Of a stretch of 64,000 bases of DNA, positions 61,703-64,000 are shown piece by piece. The position numbers and the translations under genes were made by a program. Source of the DNA: Pseudomonadota bacterium (GTDB lineage Bacteria > Pseudomonadota > Gammaproteobacteria > Xanthomonadales > Rhodanobacteraceae); contig JAKAWV010000005.1 of NCBI GenBank assembly GCA_021827205.1, forward strand, positions 79,120 to 143,119, read 5' to 3'. The notes beneath the pieces are model-generated. The model worked only from the letters and a program-made list of their open reading frames with translations, was not told the DNA's origin and searched no databases. Within the stretch, counting starts at the first letter, position 1; every line of letters starts with the position of its first letter.

Positions 61703-63631
61703 CTACAGGCTGCGCATCACGCGAAAGCCGATGCGCGCACTGTGCAAATCCGCCGGCACGTCCATGCGCCAGGCGCTCAGCGCCTGATCGGGTGTGCTGG
61801 CCCACGAACCGCCGCGCACCACGCGGTTCTGGCACCCGGGATTGACCCAGGCGCTGCCATTGTCGGGTGCGCGCACATAGTTGTCGTGCCAGCAATCCTC
61901 GGTCCATTCCGAGACATTGCCGTCGATGTCGAACAGTCCATACGGATTGGGCAGGAAGCTTCTGACCGGCGCCGGACCCCAGTAGCCGTCACCGTAGTCC
62001 CTGAAACTGTTGTCCCAGTGCCGGCCCTTGGGTGAACGATCCAGCGAGCCGGCCAGATTCTCGACCCGCTGCTTCGGGCTGCCGTAACCCCACCAGTATG
62101 GCGTGGTGGTGCCGCCGCGCTCGGCGTATTCGTACTCGGCTTCGCTGGGTAGCCGGTAATCCTTGCCGGTGGCCTTGCTCAGCCAGTCGCAGTAGGCCTC
62201 CGCGTCGCTCCAACTGATGTTGATCACCGGCAGGTCGCCGGCCGCCGGTTGGCCGTTGTAGCCATCACGCCAGTTGGCGCTGGGGTCCATGCGCATGCGG
62301 CCGCTGAGTTCGTCGTAAACCATGGCGCCACCATCGCGCTCCGCATCGGTCACATAGCCGGTGGCGCGCACGAAAGCGCGGAACTGGGCCACGCTGATCT
62401 CGCTGCGCGCCAGCGCAAAACCCTTGCTGAAAGTCACCGTGTGCGCTGGCGCCTGATCACTGCGGAAACCAGGTCGGCCGGGGCGCGAGCCCATCATGAA
62501 TGTCCCGGCCGGGATCACCACCATGGTCGGCGCGCTGCCTGCGCGATCAATGAAATTGTCCGCGAACACCTGGCCCGGCCGGTAGCCGTCGTAGAGCCTG
62601 GTGTCGCGCAAACGTACGGCGTAATTCGCCAGTTCCGGCAGCGTGGAATCCATGAGCCGTGCCTGTGCGGCCAGTTGCTGCGCCAATTGCGGCGCATGCG
62701 CCTGCAGCGCAGCATCAGCGCGCGCAACCAGCGCGCGCGCGTGCTCGCGGCGCGCCTGTTCAAACTGCGCGCGCATGGCGATCAGTTCCGGACTGTCGGG
62801 CGCTACGCTGGCCGCCCTCGCCAGCAAGCGACTGACGCGCGGGTAATCCTCGCCGGCCAGCGCGGCACGCGCTTGCAGCAGCACGTCATGCTGCAAGTGC
62901 CGCACCCCGCGCGTGGCCACCACATTGCCTGGGTCGAGCATCAGCACGCGCCGATAAAGATCCAGGGCACTGAAGCCGGCCGGACTCAACGCATGCCCCG
63001 CGCGCTCCTGTTCGGCGGCTTCACGCAGCAGCGGCCGCACATGCTCGAGCACGAACAAACGCGCCTGCAACGGCGTCGTCGCCGTCAGCCCGCCGGGCAG
63101 TTTGCGCAGCAGATTCAGCAGTGCCTGCGCAGCCCTGGCGTCACCGTCATCAATGGCCTGCCCCGCGTTGCTGGCAAGACGCTGGCTCAGCGCGCTCAGT
63201 CCGGCGCGGGCATCGGCATTGCCGGGTGCCAGCGCCAGCGCGCGTTGATACAACGCCGCGGCGCTGTCCGGCGTGCCAGCCCAGCGTTCCGCCAATTCCG
63301 CGGCGTGCGCCTGCTTGAGTAGATCCACCACGGCCGGTGCGCCGACATACTGCGGCGCTGACGCGACGCGCGCCGCGAGCGGCGCCAGTGCCAGCGGCGG
63401 ACCGGCGCTGTAGATCGACGTGCCGGCACTCGCCGGCGCGCTGTTCAAGCTCATGGCCGCGTTGCCCAGTGACGCCGAACTGCTGCTGACCGAAGTGCTC
63501 GTGGCCGGCACGGTCGGAGGCAGCATCAACCAGCTTGGCAAAAATCGGTAGACGAGTGCGAGCAGCAGCAGCGCCACCGCTGCGCCGATGCCCGCCTTGC
63601 GCTGCCAGCCAGTCGCGGATTGTCCTGCCAT
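61703..63631 (-). CDS. membrane-anchored protein with TPR-like region and C-terminal formylglycine-generating-enzyme (SUMF1) domain
   Basis: N-terminal TM helix, an Ala/Leu-rich helical repeat region, and a C-terminal FGE-sulfatase fold (GFRSDQAPAH, WCDW, NVSEWTEDCW, RGGSW). Confidence 0.8.
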   Translation of the reverse strand: MAGQSATGWQRKAGIGAAVALLLLALVYRFLPSWLMLPPTVPATSTSVSSSSASLGNAAMSLNSAPASAGTSIYSAGPPLALAPLAARVASAPQYVGAPAVVDLLKQAHAAELAERWAGTPDSAAALYQRALALAPGNADARAGLSALSQRLASNAGQAIDDGDARAAQALLNLLRKLPGGLTATTPLQARLFVLEHVRPLLREAAEQERAGHALSPAGFSALDLYRRVLMLDPGNVVATRGVRHLQHDVLLQARAALAGEDYPRVSRLLARAASVAPDSPELIAMRAQFEQARREHARALVARADAALQAHAPQLAQQLAAQARLMDSTLPELANYAVRLRDTRLYDGYRPGQVFADNFIDRAGSAPTMVVIPAGTFMMGSRPGRPGFRSDQAPAHTVTFSKGFALARSEISVAQFRAFVRATGYVTDAERDGGAMVYDELSGRMRMDPSANWRDGYNGQPAAGDLPVINISWSDAEAYCDWLSKATGKDYRLPSEAEYEYAERGGTTTPYWWGYGSPKQRVENLAGSLDRSPKGRHWDNSFRDYGDGYWGPAPVRSFLPNPYGLFDIDGNVSEWTEDCWHDNYVRAPDNGSAWVNPGCQNRVVRGGSWASTPDQALSAWRMDVPADLHSARIGFRVMRSL

Positions 63632-63772
63632 GGGGCTACGGTCCGATTCAATAAATGGTTGGGCATCTCGAAAACACCGGGATGGGGTTTTTCGAGGTTC
63701 CCTGCTAGGGTGCGCGCCACCTTAGGCAAAGCGGCGTCGCAGGGCAATGCCTGCGCGCTGAATCGGAGCACT

Positions 63773-64000
63773 GTGAGCGAAGCGCAATGGATCAATACGT
63801 CGGCCGGCCTCGATGATTGGCTCGCGCAACTGCCGCCGCATGAGTCCAGCGCGGGGATCGACACCGAGTTCGTGCGCGAGTCGACGTTTTATCCGCGGCT
63901 GGCGCTGCTGCAGATCGCCGTGGGCGAAGCCATCGCGCTGATCGATCCGCTGGCCTTCGACGCGCAGGCGCTGCGCGTCTGGCTCGAGGCCGCGCCGCGC
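63773..64000 (+). CDS. rnd: ribonuclease D, 3' end cut by the window edge
   Basis: GGAG lies 5 nt before the GTG. WINTSAGLDDWLAQL...AGIDTEFVRESTFYPRLALLQIA is the DEDD exonuclease N-terminus. The frame is open to the window end. Confidence 0.75.
   Translation, partial: MSEAQWINTSAGLDDWLAQLPPHESSAGIDTEFVRESTFYPRLALLQIAVGEAIALIDPLAFDAQALRVWLEAAPR

Overview
This is a high-GC gammaproteobacterial chromosomal segment. Gene content looks Xanthomonadales/Lysobacterales-like (FimV, ykgO-type L36, guaBA, trpFBA-accD, ccmABCDEFGHI), but the taxon is inference only. I can support about 70 protein-coding genes, nearly all housekeeping or ordinary accessory genes. In order they are: a ybhGFSR-like efflux module; a P-type H+-ATPase plus a PhaC-like hydrolase; gacA/uvrY-like, folD, guaB, guaA; an SNF2/SWIM helicase; tadA; an L36 paralogue; aguA/aguB; TraB/GumN; a YtrA-GntR/ABC module; dcd, apbC, metG, an rnfB-like ferredoxin, accD, trpA/B/F, truA, fimV, asd, aroC, prmB; SCO; psd; an MltD-like transglycosylase; greB; the complete ccm operon; katG; a small sulfur-handling cluster (DUF442, MBL hydrolase, rhodanese); an FGE-domain protein; and the start of rnd. 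I recognised no rRNA, tRNA, CRISPR array, transposase or integrase. Most long ORFs in the six-frame track are shadow ORFs of real genes, as expected in high-GC DNA. The standout is 16.9-20.6 kb: two perfect head-to-tail copies of a 1,848-bp four-gene cassette, bounded and separated by a 10-nt core that lies inside a dif-like XerC/XerD site. The architecture fits attL - copy - attP - copy - attR, so I propose a very small integrase-less Xer-dependent integrative element (IMEX-like). Secondary observations: (1) an abrupt low-GC, rare-codon 3' end of guaA followed by a low-GC3 SNF2/SWIM gene; (2) three tandem paralogous mini-ORFs, two of them absent from the ORF track, ahead of the YtrA/ABC module; (3) a heptanucleotide repeat inside the metG linker; (4) a REP-like palindrome translated inside an ABC ATPase linker; (5) two gene relics (dinB and an lpd-like oxidoreductase). 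All coordinates were derived by hand from the sequence. Functional calls rest on motif recognition, not on database searches.
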